64,000 nucleotides of DNA from an uncultured Sphingorhabdus sp. (lineage in GTDB: Bacteria; Pseudomonadota; Alphaproteobacteria; Sphingomonadales; Sphingomonadaceae): positions 25,404-89,403 of the forward strand of contig NZ_CALMSV010000096.1 of NCBI RefSeq assembly GCF_937872355.1, written 5' to 3'. Below the pieces are notes generated by a model, which saw only the letters and a list, made by a program, of their open reading frames with translations, was not told the DNA's origin and made no database searches. Below are positions 43,206 through 55,418 of the stretch, one piece after another. Each line of letters begins with the position of its first letter. Within the stretch, counting starts at the first letter, position 1. The position numbers were made by a program, and so were the translations under genes.

Positions 43206-45509
43206 ATGTGTCCCATGACGGCACAATCCAAGATAGTCGAAATCGGCCGCTCGCAGAGCGATTCCAGCCCTTCCGAATACGTTGTTGAGGAACAGGTGGA
43301 AGTTCAGCAAGAGTTTGCTGACGCCCCAGCCTCTGAGGAATATCTGGAAAGTGAGTGGCATGATGTCGTCGAATCAGGTCGGCCGTGGGGCAAAATTCTG
43401 CTTCTGATAGCCCTGATTTCTGCGACTTTGGGTTGGACCGGTTTTTTCATTTGGGCGCATCTGCCGGAACTGATTGTTGTCCCTGACCCTGCTCGGATTA
43501 GTGAACTAATCGTCCAATGGTCGGCTCCTGTTGCTGTGATCGGTCTTTTGTGGCTGCTATCGATGCGCATGAGTTCAACCGAGGCGAAACGCTTCGGCGA
43601 TGTTGCAGCACTGTTGAGATCCGAAAGCGATGCGTTGCAGAACCGCATGCGCAATGTGAACGGCGAAATCGCGCTAGCGCGATCCTTTCTGGCAGAGAAC
43701 GCCAAGGAATTGGAAGCTATAGGTCGCCTATCCGCACAAAGGCTGACAGAAGCAGCAACTCAGTTGAGCGCTGCTTTAACTGATTCCGACGAACGGGCCA
43801 AAATGCTGCAGGTTGCGAGCAATGCCGCTGTGACGAACCTGGAGCAATTGCGGAACCATTTACCGGTCGTGACCAGCGCAGCCAAGGATGCGACGAACCA
43901 AATAGGCATTGCGGGCAACACGGCGCACAGCCAGATTCAGGCAATCATCGGTGTCCTAAAAACCATGGATGAAAGCGCTGCAAACGCCAATATTTCGCTA
44001 GAGGCGCTTGATACTCGCATCAGTGCCAGCACCTCGGCGCTAAACCAAAAACTTTCGGCTGCAAGCGCCGATCTTTCTCAATCGGTTGAACAATCCGGAA
44101 AATTGGCTGACGATATGCTCACTGCGCTTTCGTCAGGTGTTACCGAGGCGGAGCAGCGCCTGATTGAAACTGCGAACCAGCTCGATGACCGAATGGCGGC
44201 AAGCCACCAACGTCTGGAAGGCAATTTGGGCAGTCTGGGAGAAGCCATCGCTCATCTCGAAGCGGTGAGCGACGCGCAAGATTCGACAAGCAAAGCCCTG
44301 CTCGCGAGAGTGAAGGAATCGATCGCCGAAAGCAGAAATGAGCTTTCGAAATTTGGTGATGAAGCAAGCGACAGCATCGCCAAACTGGCGTTCAGCGTTT
44401 CGGCGCTTAATGAGCGCAGCGAGGAACTGGACGGCCGTCTAAAAGGTACGTTGGCGCAAACCGATGCGCTGATCGAGCAAGCCGGCGCGATGCGTTCTGA
44501 TCTGGAAGCCATCGCTGACGAAACCACCGAAAGGCTGGTTTCAAAACTCGACAATGTTAACGCTATGTTCGTAGACGTGCGAACAGCGTTTTCCGCAGCC
44601 AATAACGAACTTGCAATCGCTGACGAAGGAACAGGGGCGCTCGTAAGATCGGTGCAGGAACTTGAACAGCTCGTATCGACGCAACGCTCTGCCCTCGCCA
44701 GCCTCAATGAAAGCTCTTCAGAATATCTGACCGCGCAGCACGAACAGGTCGATATATTGTCGGCAGCGATTGTTCATACGCGAACTGCGCTTGAAGAGCT
44801 GTCGGGCATCGCCAATGAGCAGCTTGTCGCGTCACTATTGCGCGTTCGCGAAACCACCAAGCAAGCAGCAGAGGCGAGCCGCAAGATTGTCGACGAAGAA
44901 CTTTCGGTGGTCGCCGACAAGCTGAACGAGAGAAATCGCGTTGCGATTGAAACGGCCGTCGATGAACAGGTGAAGGCGCTCGACGTGGCTATGCGCGAAG
45001 CATTTGGTCGCAATCTGACACTCGCTGCAGACGTTGAGGAACGGATCGAGGCGCAGCTCAAACTAGTTGGCGAGATGGCGACAAATCTTGAGCAGCGAGT
45101 CAACGAAGCGCATTCGTCCTTTGCTGGAATTGACGACGAAGGTTTTGCACGTCGTATGGCGCTGTTGACCGAATCCTTGAATTCTGCAGCGATCGATGTT
45201 GCCAAGATTTTGTCGAATGAGGTGACCGATACCGCTTGGGCTGCTTATTTGAAGGGCGACCGTGGCGTGTTCACACGCCGTGCAGTCCGCCTGCTTGACA
45301 GCGGCGAAGCGAAAATTATCGCTGCGCATTACGACGACGACGCCGAGTTCCGCGAACATGTAAACCGCTACATTCACGATTTTGAATCGATGATGCGCGT
45401 TCTGCTCAGCACCCGGGATGGCAACGCCATCGGCGTTACGTTGCTTTCATCGGATGTCGGCAAACTCTATGTCGCGCTTGCTCAGGCAATTGAGCGCTTG
45501 CGCGGCTAG
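43206..45509 (+). CDS. Membrane-anchored coiled-coil protein, TipN-like polar landmark candidate
   Basis: Acidic N-terminus, two TMs, about 550-aa heptad/apolipoprotein-like region, C-terminal EFREHVNRYIHDFE...LLSSDVGKLY motif. Confidence 0.65.
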   Translation: MCPMTAQSKIVEIGRSQSDSSPSEYVVEEQVEVQQEFADAPASEEYLESEWHDVVESGRPWGKILLLIALISATLGWTGFFIWAHLPELIVVPDPARISELIVQWSAPVAVIGLLWLLSMRMSSTEAKRFGDVAALLRSESDALQNRMRNVNGEIALARSFLAENAKELEAIGRLSAQRLTEAATQLSAALTDSDERAKMLQVASNAAVTNLEQLRNHLPVVTSAAKDATNQIGIAGNTAHSQIQAIIGVLKTMDESAANANISLEALDTRISASTSALNQKLSAASADLSQSVEQSGKLADDMLTALSSGVTEAEQRLIETANQLDDRMAASHQRLEGNLGSLGEAIAHLEAVSDAQDSTSKALLARVKESIAESRNELSKFGDEASDSIAKLAFSVSALNERSEELDGRLKGTLAQTDALIEQAGAMRSDLEAIADETTERLVSKLDNVNAMFVDVRTAFSAANNELAIADEGTGALVRSVQELEQLVSTQRSALASLNESSSEYLTAQHEQVDILSAAIVHTRTALEELSGIANEQLVASLLRVRETTKQAAEASRKIVDEELSVVADKLNERNRVAIETAVDEQVKALDVAMREAFGRNLTLAADVEERIEAQLKLVGEMATNLEQRVNEAHSSFAGIDDEGFARRMALLTESLNSAAIDVAKILSNEVTDTAWAAYLKGDRGVFTRRAVRLLDSGEAKIIAAHYDDDAEFREHVNRYIHDFESMMRVLLSTRDGNAIGVTLLSSDVGKLYVALAQAIERLRG

Positions 45510-45790
45510 TCCGCTGTCGCCTCTGGGCCAGCGATCAGGAAATCAAAACTGTGGCGGTCAATCCAGCCATAGACATAGTTTGCGTAAAACAGACCAAACA
45601 ACACAGCCGACAGTAACGTTGTACGCAACAAGATTACACCAGGCCTAAAATTACCTGGGGCGCCATCGGCCTGTCCGGGAACCTTCTCAAGGCCCATTTC
45701 CTCGTAGCTACGCACGCCAATGGGCAGAATGACAAACGCACTCAGCACCCAAAACAGCGCATAAATCGCAATGATAGAAGTCCAGTTCAT
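45506..45790 (-). CDS. DUF1467 family protein
   Basis: WVLSAFVILPIGVRS, VPGQADGAP; usual position downstream of rnj. Confidence 0.8.
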   Translation of the reverse strand: MNWTSIIAIYALFWVLSAFVILPIGVRSYEEMGLEKVPGQADGAPGNFRPGVILLRTTLLSAVLFGLFYANYVYGWIDRHSFDFLIAGPEATAD

Positions 45791-47430
45791 GCAGTTTCCA
45801 CGATCAGCACATCGACAATCGGTTTCTTGCCTGTCCAGCTAGTCGCAACCCGGCGAACGGCAAGACGTAGATTCTCCCGTAGGTCACTGAGGTCGCCGCG
45901 CCAGTCGCGCACCGCTTTTTCAGCAGCCGATGATGCCTCGTCGAGGAAGTCGTCAATCTCGGCCTCGATCGGGATTCCGTGCAGGCGGATCACCGGGTCA
46001 CCGAGCAGGTTGTTGTCACCATCCAACGCCACCGCAACGTTGATGATCCCATACCATGACAAGCGACGGCGCTGGGTCAGAGTTTCGCCATCAGAGGCAA
46101 TGATTGTGTCGCCATCAAGCACAAGACGTCCCGTGCGCTCATTGCCAATCTGCTCGGGGCCTTTAGGCGCGAGGCGGATTACATCGCCGTTAGACTGCAC
46201 AATAGTCTTCGGAATACCCAGTGATTGCCCAAAACGGGCTTGTTCAGCCATATGGCGGCGCTCGCCATGGACCGGCACCAGGATTTCAGGCCGAACCCAT
46301 TCATAGAGCTTCGCCAACTCGTTGCGGCCGGGATGTCCTGATACATGCACATGCGCCTGCTTTTCGGTCACCATGATGATGTTCCGGCGTGCCAATTGAT
46401 TCATCACATGCCCGATGGCCATTTCGTTGCCGGGGATCTGCTTTGAAGAGAAGATTACGGTGTCGCCCTCTTCCAGTTTCACCGGGTGATTGCCCTCTGC
46501 GATGCGGGCCAACGCTGCGCGCGCTTCCCCCTGACCGCCTGTCGCGACCACCATCACCTGGTTACGAGGAAAGGCATCGACAGCCTCCATATCAACCGTT
46601 TCGGGCAGGTTTTTGAGATACCCCGTTGATTGAGAGGCTTCGACAATTTTATGGAGCGATCGGCCAGCAAAGCAAAGTTTGCGCCCAGCTTCGCGCGCGA
46701 CATCGGCTAGTGTCTGGAGGCGGGCAGAGTTTGAGGCAAAAGTGGTCACAACCACTCTGCCCTTTGCTTCAGTCACATGTTTGAGCAGATCCGCATGAAC
46801 GCTCGCTTCGCTGCCACTCGCCTTATCGTTGAAGACATTGGTAGAATCGCAAACCATGGCGAGAATGCCCTCATCGCCTATTGCAGTCAGCTGTTCTGCA
46901 CTTGCCGGAACACCAATGACGGGAGTCTCGTCGAGCTTCCAGTCTCCTGTGTGGAAGACCTTGCCATAGGGTGTGTCGATGACCAGCGCGCTCATTTCGA
47001 GGATCGAGTGCGCGAGCGGAACGAAGCGAATGTCGAATGGGCCGAGGTTTATCTGTCCTTCCATCGGCACAATGTTCAAGTCCACTTCGTCAGTGATGCC
47101 CTGCTCATCCAGTTTGCCTTTGATCAGCGCGGCCGTGAATGGCGTCGCGAATAGCGGCACGCCAAGGTCGGCGGCAAAGAAAGGAACAGCGCCGATATGA
47201 TCCTCATGCCCGTGGGTCAGGATGATGCCCAGCAGGTCCGCCTTGCGGTCTTCGATAAATTCGAGATCGGGCATTATGAGATCGATACCCGGATAATCTT
47301 CATGGCCGAAGGTCACACCCAGATCGACCATGATCCACTTGCCTTGGCAGCCATAGAGATTGGCATTCATGCCGATTTCGTCCGACCCGCCAAGCGCGAG
47401 GAACAAAAGTTCATTTTTTGGATTTGTCAT
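45787..47430 (-). CDS. rnj: Ribonuclease J
   Basis: [36 protein letters not shown]. Confidence 0.95.
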   Translation of the reverse strand: MTNPKNELLFLALGGSDEIGMNANLYGCQGKWIMVDLGVTFGHEDYPGIDLIMPDLEFIEDRKADLLGIILTHGHEDHIGAVPFFAADLGVPLFATPFTAALIKGKLDEQGITDEVDLNIVPMEGQINLGPFDIRFVPLAHSILEMSALVIDTPYGKVFHTGDWKLDETPVIGVPASAEQLTAIGDEGILAMVCDSTNVFNDKASGSEASVHADLLKHVTEAKGRVVVTTFASNSARLQTLADVAREAGRKLCFAGRSLHKIVEASQSTGYLKNLPETVDMEAVDAFPRNQVMVVATGGQGEARAALARIAEGNHPVKLEEGDTVIFSSKQIPGNEMAIGHVMNQLARRNIIMVTEKQAHVHVSGHPGRNELAKLYEWVRPEILVPVHGERRHMAEQARFGQSLGIPKTIVQSNGDVIRLAPKGPEQIGNERTGRLVLDGDTIIASDGETLTQRRRLSWYGIINVAVALDGDNNLLGDPVIRLHGIPIEAEIDDFLDEASSAAEKAVRDWRGDLSDLRENLRLAVRRVATSWTGKKPIVDVLIVETA

Positions 47431-48215
47431 GCCCCGCCTTCGCGGTTTGCATAGAGCTTGGCAAGCCCGCGCAGTGTCAAATCGGGTTCAACTCTGTCAA
47501 ATAGATGGCTGTGCTGCTGGAAAAGCGCCGCCAGCCCGCCGGTTGCGATGACTTTCACTGGCCTCGCTATTTCGGCTTTCATCCGTACCAGCAAACCTTC
47601 GATTAGACCGACATAACCAAAATATATCCCTATCTGCATTTGTCCGACGGTATCGCGGCCGATAACGCTCTGCGACGGCGGCGGCTCGATCGCGATGCGC
47701 GGCAGCATGGCGGCAGCATTGTAGAGTGCGTCGAGCGACAGGTTGATACCAGGTGCGATACTCCCGCCTAGATAAGATCCATCGGCGCCGATATGATCGA
47801 AGGTCGTCGCTGTACCGAAGCTGATGACAATCTTGTCCGTATTCGGCTCAAGCGCTTGAGCTGCAATGGCGTTGACTGCGCGATCCGCGCCCAGAGCGCG
47901 CGGTTCATCAACCTTCAGCGCAATACCCCAGCTGACCGGTTCGCGCCCGGCGACAAGGGCATCAATGCCGAAATATTTTTGGCTCAAAACCTGCAGATTG
48001 TGCAGTGCACGCGGGACAACGGTCGCGATAATGACCGCATCGATGTCACTGCGCTTATGCCCCTCCATCTGCAGCAACTGGTCGAGCCAGACAGCATATT
48101 CATCCGCCGTGCGCCGCGCGTCGGTAGCAATCCGCCAACGCTGTATGATTTCGCCGCTGTCGTCGACCAGTGCGAATTTGACATTGGTGTTGCCGTTATC
48201 GACCGCGAGAAGCAT
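47427..48215 (-). CDS. coaX: Type III pantothenate kinase
   Basis: [27 protein letters not shown]. Confidence 0.95.
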   Translation of the reverse strand: MLLAVDNGNTNVKFALVDDSGEIIQRWRIATDARRTADEYAVWLDQLLQMEGHKRSDIDAVIIATVVPRALHNLQVLSQKYFGIDALVAGREPVSWGIALKVDEPRALGADRAVNAIAAQALEPNTDKIVISFGTATTFDHIGADGSYLGGSIAPGINLSLDALYNAAAMLPRIAIEPPPSQSVIGRDTVGQMQIGIYFGYVGLIEGLLVRMKAEIARPVKVIATGGLAALFQQHSHLFDRVEPDLTLRGLAKLYANREGGA

Positions 48216-48228
48216 GACGCTGTCCTTA

Positions 48229-48936
48229 TCAAATCAGGAATATATCGGCAGCGTGAATGGCACGAATTGCGCCCTCCGCCAAGCGCAGGCTGAGTGCACC
48301 ATCATCGCTTAAGCCTGCGAAAAGTCCGTCAATCTGCTCACCATCAGGCAGGTTGACGCGTAAAGCTGTGCCCTTTGGATGTGAGGCTGCTTCCCATGCT
48401 CGCAAGAGATTGGCCAAAGGCTGCTGCCGCCATCGTTGCCGCCAGATTGCGAATTGATCTGCGAGTATCTCACAGACCGCTTGCGGCTCGGGTGGATTGG
48501 CACCCAAGGCCCGAAGGTCACTGGCGGGGCGTCCGATATCCGCCGGATGTGAGACCAGATTTATTCCGAAACCGGCAACAATCGCATCCCCCGACCTTTC
48601 GAGCAGGATGCCGCACAGTTTCTCGCCATTTCCCGACAATGCATCATTGGGCCATTTCAGCTGGATTGCGACATCGGGTGCGACCAGCTTGATCGTGTCA
48701 AAAGCGGCAATCCCAGCGACAAAAGCCAGGGTTGATGGGGGCGGATCGCCGGGTGACAGCCTTGCTATGGTGCTTGCATAGAGATTGCCCAAAGGGCTGC
48801 CCCACTCCCGCCCCATACGCCCCCGGCCACCGCCCTGTTGATCGGCGCGCAGCCAAAGCCCTTCAGGCGCGCCCGAGGCAGCGCGCGACAACAGATCGGC
48901 ATTGGTGGAACCGGTAAGTGCTACCTGCTCGAACAA
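48229..48936 (-). CDS. birA: Biotin--[acetyl-CoA-carboxylase] ligase (no HTH)
   Basis: [31 protein letters not shown]; start inferred at TTG 48936 after nuoN stop. Confidence 0.92.
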   Translation of the reverse strand: MFEQVALTGSTNADLLSRAASGAPEGLWLRADQQGGGRGRMGREWGSPLGNLYASTIARLSPGDPPPSTLAFVAGIAAFDTIKLVAPDVAIQLKWPNDALSGNGEKLCGILLERSGDAIVAGFGINLVSHPADIGRPASDLRALGANPPEPQAVCEILADQFAIWRQRWRQQPLANLLRAWEAASHPKGTALRVNLPDGEQIDGLFAGLSDDGALSLRLAEGAIRAIHAADIFLI

Positions 48937-48941
48937 AATGC

Positions 48942-50384
48942 TCAGAACAAAGCTCCGGCGGCTTGCGCTGTGACTGCGCCGAGAAGCGGGATGGCCAAAT
49001 AACCCAAAGCGGAAACGACCAAGCCCAAGGCTCCGCCGGTCCACCTCAAAACCTTGTCATCTGCGGCTTCGATGCTGTCGCCAGACTCATCAAAATACAT
49101 CGTCTTGACGACTTTCAAATAATAGAAGGCACCAATGACAGAGGCAGCAATACCGATAACCGCAAGCGGAAACAGCCCTGCTGAGATCGCGGCATTGAAT
49201 ACGACCAGCTTGCCGTAAAAGCCGAACAAGGGCGGAATGCCCGCTAGGCTGAACATGAAAATTGCGAAGATGGCCGCAAGCGCGGGGCGGGTCTTCGACA
49301 GCCCGGCGATGTCGGCCATGCTTTCCTTCATCTCACCGTCGCGGCCCTTCAGCTGCATCAGGCAGACGAACCCGCCCAGTGTCATCGCGACGTAAATGGC
49401 GAGGTAAACCAGCATCGCCGCTACGCCCTGTTCCGTGCCGGCGGCCAAACCAATCAGCAGGAAGCCGACATTGTTGATTGAGCTATAAGCCAAAAGACGC
49501 TTCAGGTTCTGCTGACCAATTGCTCCGACGGCACCGATGATGATCGACATCAGGGCCACCACCATCACGATCTGCTGCCATGCTTGCACCTGATTGCCAA
49601 AAGCTTCGACCACGATACGGATGAGCAGCGCGCTGGCTGCCACCTTGGGTGCGCTGGCGAAGAAGGCCGTTACCGGCGTCGGCGCGCCTTCATAAACGTC
49701 CGGCGTCCACATGTGGAATGGTGCGGCGCTGATTTTAAAAGCGAGTCCCGAAAGCACAAAGACCAGACCGAAAAGCAGGCCCATGCTAAGTTCACCGGTC
49801 ATTGCCGTACCGATCGTTTCAAAACTGGTCGAACCGGTAAAGCCGTAAAGCAGCGACATCCCGAACAGCAAAATGCCGCTGGCGAGTGCACCAAGGACGA
49901 AATATTTGAGCCCCGCCTCCGCCGAGCGGCCGTCATTGCGCGCAAAGCTGGCGAGGACATAGGCGGCGAGACTGTTGAGTTCGAGGCCAATATAGAGCGT
50001 CAGCAGGTCGGTAGCCGAGACCATCACGCCCATGCCTACAGCGGCAAGGATGACGAGCACCGGATATTCGGCACGCATTGCGCCCATTTTTTCAAGCGCC
50101 TTGGGCGCGATCATCAGCGAAATGGCCGCGGCGAAATAGATCAGAATTTTGGCGAAGCTGCCGAAGGCGTCAGCGCGATACAGGCCTTCAAAGGCCGACG
50201 CATCAGTTCCGGCGCACAGATAATGCACGGCATAGGCACCCGCGCCAACGAGGGCGGCCACAGACAAGATACTGACCAGACGACCGGCTTCCTGCCTCCA
50301 CGCCGCTATCAGCAGCAGGGCAAGGCTGGAGAAACTGAGGATCAGCTCCGGACGGACCAAATAGAGCGAGGTTGAAAGGTCCAT
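48942..50384 (-). CDS. nuoN: NADH-quinone oxidoreductase subunit N
   Basis: EAGLKYF, PFHMWTPDVYEGAPT, KRLLAYSSI. Confidence 0.97.
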   Translation of the reverse strand: MDLSTSLYLVRPELILSFSSLALLLIAAWRQEAGRLVSILSVAALVGAGAYAVHYLCAGTDASAFEGLYRADAFGSFAKILIYFAAAISLMIAPKALEKMGAMRAEYPVLVILAAVGMGVMVSATDLLTLYIGLELNSLAAYVLASFARNDGRSAEAGLKYFVLGALASGILLFGMSLLYGFTGSTSFETIGTAMTGELSMGLLFGLVFVLSGLAFKISAAPFHMWTPDVYEGAPTPVTAFFASAPKVAASALLIRIVVEAFGNQVQAWQQIVMVVALMSIIIGAVGAIGQQNLKRLLAYSSINNVGFLLIGLAAGTEQGVAAMLVYLAIYVAMTLGGFVCLMQLKGRDGEMKESMADIAGLSKTRPALAAIFAIFMFSLAGIPPLFGFYGKLVVFNAAISAGLFPLAVIGIAASVIGAFYYLKVVKTMYFDESGDSIEAADDKVLRWTGGALGLVVSALGYLAIPLLGAVTAQAAGALF

Positions 50385-51952
50385 TAGTGTGCGGCCCCCT
50401 CGGCCTTTTTGTCATGTTCGCCGCCATGCGCCTGGATGCGATATTTGGCGGTCGTCTTGTCATGTACCTTGAGCTTGCTGTCGCCTGCGGGCGCTGCGCG
50501 TTCGATGCGTTCGACAATCGTTGCGACGTCGCGACGGATCGGGGCCAGGAAGCTTTCAGGGTAAATGCCCATCCACAGCACAGCTGCAGCAATCGGGGCC
50601 AATAGCCACAATTCGCGATTGTCGAGATCGGGCATCGCAGCTGCATCGGCGTTCACCTGCTCACCAAAAGCCACGCGGCGATAGAGATAGAGCATATAGC
50701 CTGCGCCCAGGATGATACCCGTGGTCGCAATCAGCGTTGCCCAGGTCGAAACCTTGTAAGCACCTGCCAGCGACAGGAATTCACCGACAAAGCCGCTCGT
50801 TCCGGGCAGACCGACGCTCGCCATGGTGAACAGCATGAAGAACAGCGCATATTTGGGCATGTTGATGCTGAGCCCGCCATAACGGCTGATCTCGCGGGTG
50901 TGCAGCCGGTCGTAAATGACACCAACGCAGAGGAAGAGCGCGCCCGAGACAAGGCCGTGGCTGAGCATCACGATGATGGCGCCTTCGATACCCTGCTGGT
51001 TGAAGGTGAACAGGCCCACTGTCACAATCGCCATATGTGCGACCGACGAATAAGCGATCAGCTTCTTCATATCATCCTGCACCAGTGCGACGAGGCTGGT
51101 GTAAACGACAGCGACCATCGACAGGCCGAAAATCAGCCAGATGAATTGCGCGGATGCTTCGGGGAACATCGGCAGCGAGAAGCGCAGGAAGCCATAGCCG
51201 CCCATCTTCAGCAAGACGCCAGCCAGGATGACTGAGCCCGCCGTCGGTGCCTGCACGTGCGCATCGGGAAGCCAGGTATGCACCGGCCACATCGGCATTT
51301 TAACCGCGAAGGATGCAAAGAAGGCGAGCCAAAGGATCGTCTGCGCCTCGGGCGGGAAATCATGGTTGAGCAGCGTCGGGATATCCGCCGTGCCCGCCTG
51401 CTGGATCATCCACAGCATTGCCAGCAGCATGAACACCGAGCCGAGCAGCGTGTAGAGGAAGAATTTGTAAGAGGCGTAGATGCGATCCTTGCCACCCCAG
51501 ATGCCTATGATCAGATACATTGGGATCAGCCCGGCTTCGAACATGATGTAGAACAGCATCAGATCCTGCGCCGCAAACACGCCGATCATCAGTGTTTCCA
51601 TCAACAGGAAGCTCGCCATGTAAAGCCCGACCCGCTCGGTCACCGCGCGCCAGCTTGCGCCGATGCAGATCGGCATCAGGAAGACCGAGAGCATGATGAG
51701 CAGCAACGAAATGCCGTCAATACCCAGTTTCCAGCCTATTGGCCCGAACAATGCGGCGCTTTCGACAAACTGCCACTGTGCACCCGCCGGATCGTAGCTG
51801 GCCCAAAGCCAGACACCGAGCAACAGATTGAAAAGAGTTGCGGTCAACGCAATGATGCGCGCCATTTCGTCGCGGACGAACAGGCAAGCCAGCGCGCCGA
51901 CCATCGGCACGGCGAGCATGATCGAAAGGATGGGGAGTTCGGCGGCGTTCAT
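50384..51952 (-). CDS. nuoM: NADH-quinone oxidoreductase subunit M
   Basis: [31 protein letters not shown]. Confidence 0.97.
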   Translation of the reverse strand: MNAAELPILSIMLAVPMVGALACLFVRDEMARIIALTATLFNLLLGVWLWASYDPAGAQWQFVESAALFGPIGWKLGIDGISLLLIMLSVFLMPICIGASWRAVTERVGLYMASFLLMETLMIGVFAAQDLMLFYIMFEAGLIPMYLIIGIWGGKDRIYASYKFFLYTLLGSVFMLLAMLWMIQQAGTADIPTLLNHDFPPEAQTILWLAFFASFAVKMPMWPVHTWLPDAHVQAPTAGSVILAGVLLKMGGYGFLRFSLPMFPEASAQFIWLIFGLSMVAVVYTSLVALVQDDMKKLIAYSSVAHMAIVTVGLFTFNQQGIEGAIIVMLSHGLVSGALFLCVGVIYDRLHTREISRYGGLSINMPKYALFFMLFTMASVGLPGTSGFVGEFLSLAGAYKVSTWATLIATTGIILGAGYMLYLYRRVAFGEQVNADAAAMPDLDNRELWLLAPIAAAVLWMGIYPESFLAPIRRDVATIVERIERAAPAGDSKLKVHDKTTAKYRIQAHGGEHDKKAEGAAH

Positions 51953-53991
51953 CGCGCTTGCACCATAAACCAGCTGATTGCGGCGACGAGGCCAAGCAGC
52001 ATCACCAACGCATATGTGTAGAGATAGCCCGACTGCATGCGGACGGCGATACGGCTACCCAGACCCACGGCGGCAGCGGACCCGTTTGGACCGAAGCGGT
52101 CGATAATTCCGATGTCGCCCCCCTTCCAGAACAGGCGTCCAAACCAGAAGGCAGGCTTGACGAAGATGAGGTTATACAGCTCGTCAAAATACCATTTGTT
52201 GAGGAAGAATTTGTACAGCGGCTCGAAATGCCCTGCTAGAGCCTGCGCAGAGCCGGGCTTGCGGATATACATCATCCATGCGGTGAACAGGCCGGTCAGC
52301 ATCGCAACCGTCGAGGCCAGCTTCACCCACAACGGCACATGGTGCATTGCGTGGATCAGATGCTCGTTGAAATAGAGCGTCGATGCAGCCCAGAATGCGG
52401 TTCCGCCTTCTTCGGCATAGATGAAATCATATTTGAACAGATAGCCCGCAGCGATGGCACCCAGCGTAAGTACGCCCAGCGGAACGAGCATTGGCCAAGG
52501 GCTTTCATGCGGATGATATCCGGCTGTGCCATCGTCATGCGCGTCATGATGGTCGTGCGCATGGTCGTCATGGCCATGATGATCGTCGTGCACCGCATGC
52601 TGGATATGCTCCGACTGTGCCCAGCGCGGTTTGCCAAAGAATGTCAGGAAGACGAGGCGCCAGCTATAGAAGCTGGTGAGCAGCGCAGCGAATACGCCGA
52701 TGAAGAAGGCATAGCCGCCCCAAGGCGCGGTCGAGGCGTAAGCCGCTTCGATAATCGCGTCCTTTGAATGGAAACCAGCAAAGCCGCCAATACCGACTAT
52801 GCCGACGCCGGTGATCGCAAGCGTACCGGCAGTCATCGCCCAGAAGGTCAGCGGGATATGTTTCCTGAGGCCACCATAATAACGCATGTCCTGCTCATGA
52901 TGCATTGCGTGAATCACGCTGCCAGCACCAAGGAACAGCAACGCCTTGAAGAAGGCGTGCGTGAAAAGGTGGAACATCGCCGCGCTATAGGCTCCAACAC
53001 CAGCGGCAAAGAACATATAGCCGAGCTGCGAGCAGGTCGAGTAAGCGATCACGCGTTTGATATCGGTCTGGACGAGGCCGACGGTGGCCGCGAAAAGCGC
53101 TGTCGTCGCGCCAACGATGGTCACCACATTGAGCGCAAACTGGCTGGTTTCAAACAGCGGCGACAGGCGGCAGACCATGAAAACGCCCGCGGTCACCATC
53201 GTCGCCGCGTGGATCAGCGCGGAAACCGGGGTCGGGCCTTCCATCGCGTCGGGCAACCATGTGTGAAGGCCAAGCTGGGCCGATTTGCCCATCGCGCCGA
53301 TGAAGAGCAGGATGCAGAGCAGGCTCATCGTATCGACGCGCAGACCGAGGAAGCCGATGCTCGATCCGGCCTTATCAGGGGCCGCAGCGAGAATATCGGG
53401 GATCGAGACAGTACCGAACAGCCAGAACACGCCAAAAATGCCGAGCATGAAGCCCAAATCGCCGACGCGGTTGACGACGAAGGCCTTGATGGCGGCGGCA
53501 TTGGCGCTGGGTTTCTTGTACCAGAAACCGATCAGCAGATAGGATGCGAGACCCACGCCTTCCCAGCCAAAGAACATCTGGACAAGGTTGTTAGCCGTAA
53601 CCAGCATCAGCATCGCAAAGGTGAAGAGTGAGAGATAGGCGAAGAAGCGCGGCTGATCCGGATCTTCCTCCATATAGCTCCAGCTATAGAGGTGGACGAG
53701 CGCGGACACGGTGGTGATCACCACCAGCATCACCGCGGTCAGCGCATCGACACGCAATTCCCAATCGAACTTCAGGGCGCCCGACTGCACCCATTGCATC
53801 ACGGGCTCGACATAAGCCTTTTCATTGCCAGTCAAAAAGCCGAGGAAAATTGGCCAGCTGAGCGCGCAAGCGAGAAACAGTCCGCCGGTTGTGATGACCT
53901 TCGCTGCGGTCTTGCCGATGAAATTCTGCCCAAGCCCGGCGACTATGGCCGCGAGCAATGGTCCGAATACGATGATTTCGATGGACGACAT
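51949..53991 (-). CDS. nuoL: NADH-quinone oxidoreductase subunit L
   Basis: [37 protein letters not shown]. Confidence 0.97.
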   Translation of the reverse strand: MSSIEIIVFGPLLAAIVAGLGQNFIGKTAAKVITTGGLFLACALSWPIFLGFLTGNEKAYVEPVMQWVQSGALKFDWELRVDALTAVMLVVITTVSALVHLYSWSYMEEDPDQPRFFAYLSLFTFAMLMLVTANNLVQMFFGWEGVGLASYLLIGFWYKKPSANAAAIKAFVVNRVGDLGFMLGIFGVFWLFGTVSIPDILAAAPDKAGSSIGFLGLRVDTMSLLCILLFIGAMGKSAQLGLHTWLPDAMEGPTPVSALIHAATMVTAGVFMVCRLSPLFETSQFALNVVTIVGATTALFAATVGLVQTDIKRVIAYSTCSQLGYMFFAAGVGAYSAAMFHLFTHAFFKALLFLGAGSVIHAMHHEQDMRYYGGLRKHIPLTFWAMTAGTLAITGVGIVGIGGFAGFHSKDAIIEAAYASTAPWGGYAFFIGVFAALLTSFYSWRLVFLTFFGKPRWAQSEHIQHAVHDDHHGHDDHAHDHHDAHDDGTAGYHPHESPWPMLVPLGVLTLGAIAAGYLFKYDFIYAEEGGTAFWAASTLYFNEHLIHAMHHVPLWVKLASTVAMLTGLFTAWMMYIRKPGSAQALAGHFEPLYKFFLNKWYFDELYNLIFVKPAFWFGRLFWKGGDIGIIDRFGPNGSAAAVGLGSRIAVRMQSGYLYTYALVMLLGLVAAISWFMVQAR

Positions 53992-54000
53992 AAGACCGGC

Positions 54001-54306
54001 TTACCCCTTCATCCGGTTGACATCGTCAACGGCGATCGTGCCGCGACCACGGAAGTAAATGACGAGAATGGCAAGACCGATGGCGGCTTCACCAGCGGCG
54101 ACGGTCAAAACGAACATCGCAAACACCTGCCCCACCAGATCGCCGAGGAAGGCGCTGAAAGCGACAAGGTTGATATTCACCGAAAGCAGGATGAGCTCGA
54201 TCGCCATCAGGATGATGATCACATTCTTCCGGTTGAGGAAGATGCCGAGCACGCCCATCACGAACAGGATGCTGCTGACGACCAGATAATGTTCGATACC
54301 GATCAT
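54001..54306 (-). CDS. nuoK: NADH-quinone oxidoreductase subunit K
   Basis: [26 protein letters not shown]. Confidence 0.97.
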   Translation of the reverse strand: MIGIEHYLVVSSILFVMGVLGIFLNRKNVIIILMAIELILLSVNINLVAFSAFLGDLVGQVFAMFVLTVAAGEAAIGLAILVIYFRGRGTIAVDDVNRMKG

Positions 54307-54917
54307 AGCTCCACCCCCTGCCCGACGGGCTGGTTCACATTGCGCACAGAATCTTGCGGGCGACGCTGGTTCTGGCTGGAAATATCCTGCACGAAAATGC
54401 CCTTGCGCTGACGGTGGGTCAGCACAATCGCGCCAACCATTGCGACCAGCAGGATCAGGCCTGCAGTTTCAAACAGGAAGACATATTTGGTATAGAGCAG
54501 CGAGCCCATCGCCTCGATGTTGGGCTTGTCGGCGGGCGTGGCGGCGGCAATCGCACCACCGAGTTCCACTGCTCCTGCACGGAAAGCACCGATGCCGAGG
54601 ATCAGTTCAACCACCAGCACAATCGCGAGCAACAGCCCCAAAGGCAGGTTGCGCATGAAACCTGCGCGCAGTTCGGCGAAATCAATGTCGAGCATCATCA
54701 CGACGAACAGGAACAGCACCGCGACCGCGCCGACATACACAATGACGAGCAGCATCGCGATAAACTCTGCGCCCACCAGCACCATCAGTCCGGCGGCGTT
54801 GAAGAAAGCAACGATCAGCCAGAGCACGCTGTGCACCGGATTGCGCGCAAAAATTACCATCGCGGCCGAAGCCAGCAGGATGGCCGCGAAGATATAGAAG
54901 GAAATGACCTGGATCAC
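54303..54917 (-). CDS. nuoJ: NADH-quinone oxidoreductase subunit J
   Basis: [25 protein letters not shown]. Confidence 0.96.
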   Translation of the reverse strand: MIQVISFYIFAAILLASAAMVIFARNPVHSVLWLIVAFFNAAGLMVLVGAEFIAMLLVIVYVGAVAVLFLFVVMMLDIDFAELRAGFMRNLPLGLLLAIVLVVELILGIGAFRAGAVELGGAIAAATPADKPNIEAMGSLLYTKYVFLFETAGLILLVAMVGAIVLTHRQRKGIFVQDISSQNQRRPQDSVRNVNQPVGQGVEL

Positions 54918-54929
54918 GATGCGCGCCCC

Positions 54930-55418
54930 TTATCGATAGGGCGCGTCGGCAGCAATATTTGCCGCGATCGCGCGTTCCCATTTGTCCCCGTTCGCAAGCA
55001 GCTTGTCCTTGTTGTACAGCAGCTCTTCACGGGTTTCGGTGGCATATTCGAAATTCGGTCCCTCGACGATGGCATCGACCGGGCAGGCTTCCTGGCAGAA
55101 GCCGCAATAGATGCACTTGGTCATGTCAATGTCGTAGCGCGTGGTCCGGCGGCTGCCATCCTCGCGCGGTTCGGCCTCGATGGTGATTGCTTGTGCAGGA
55201 CACACAGCCTCGCACAGCTTGCACGCGATGCAGCGTTCCTCACCATTGGGATAGCGGCGCAGCGCATGTTCACCGCGGAAACGCGGGGACAGCGGGTTCT
55301 TTTCGAACGGATAATTCACCGTCGCCTTGGGCTTGAAGAAATATTGCAAGGTCAGCCAATGCGCCTTGATAAATTCCCACAGCGTGAAGGATTTGAAGAG
55401 ATGGACGACAGAACTCAT
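54930..55418 (-). CDS. nuoI: NADH-quinone oxidoreductase subunit I
   Basis: [12 protein letters not shown] and [12 protein letters not shown]. Confidence 0.98.
   Translation of the reverse strand: MSSVVHLFKSFTLWEFIKAHWLTLQYFFKPKATVNYPFEKNPLSPRFRGEHALRRYPNGEERCIACKLCEAVCPAQAITIEAEPREDGSRRTTRYDIDMTKCIYCGFCQEACPVDAIVEGPNFEYATETREELLYNKDKLLANGDKWERAIAANIAADAPYR

Noticed and set aside
52530-52610. His/Asp-rich loop in NuoL and His-containing NuoM tail
   Set aside because: His-rich NuoL loops are common in alphaproteobacteria; not distinctive
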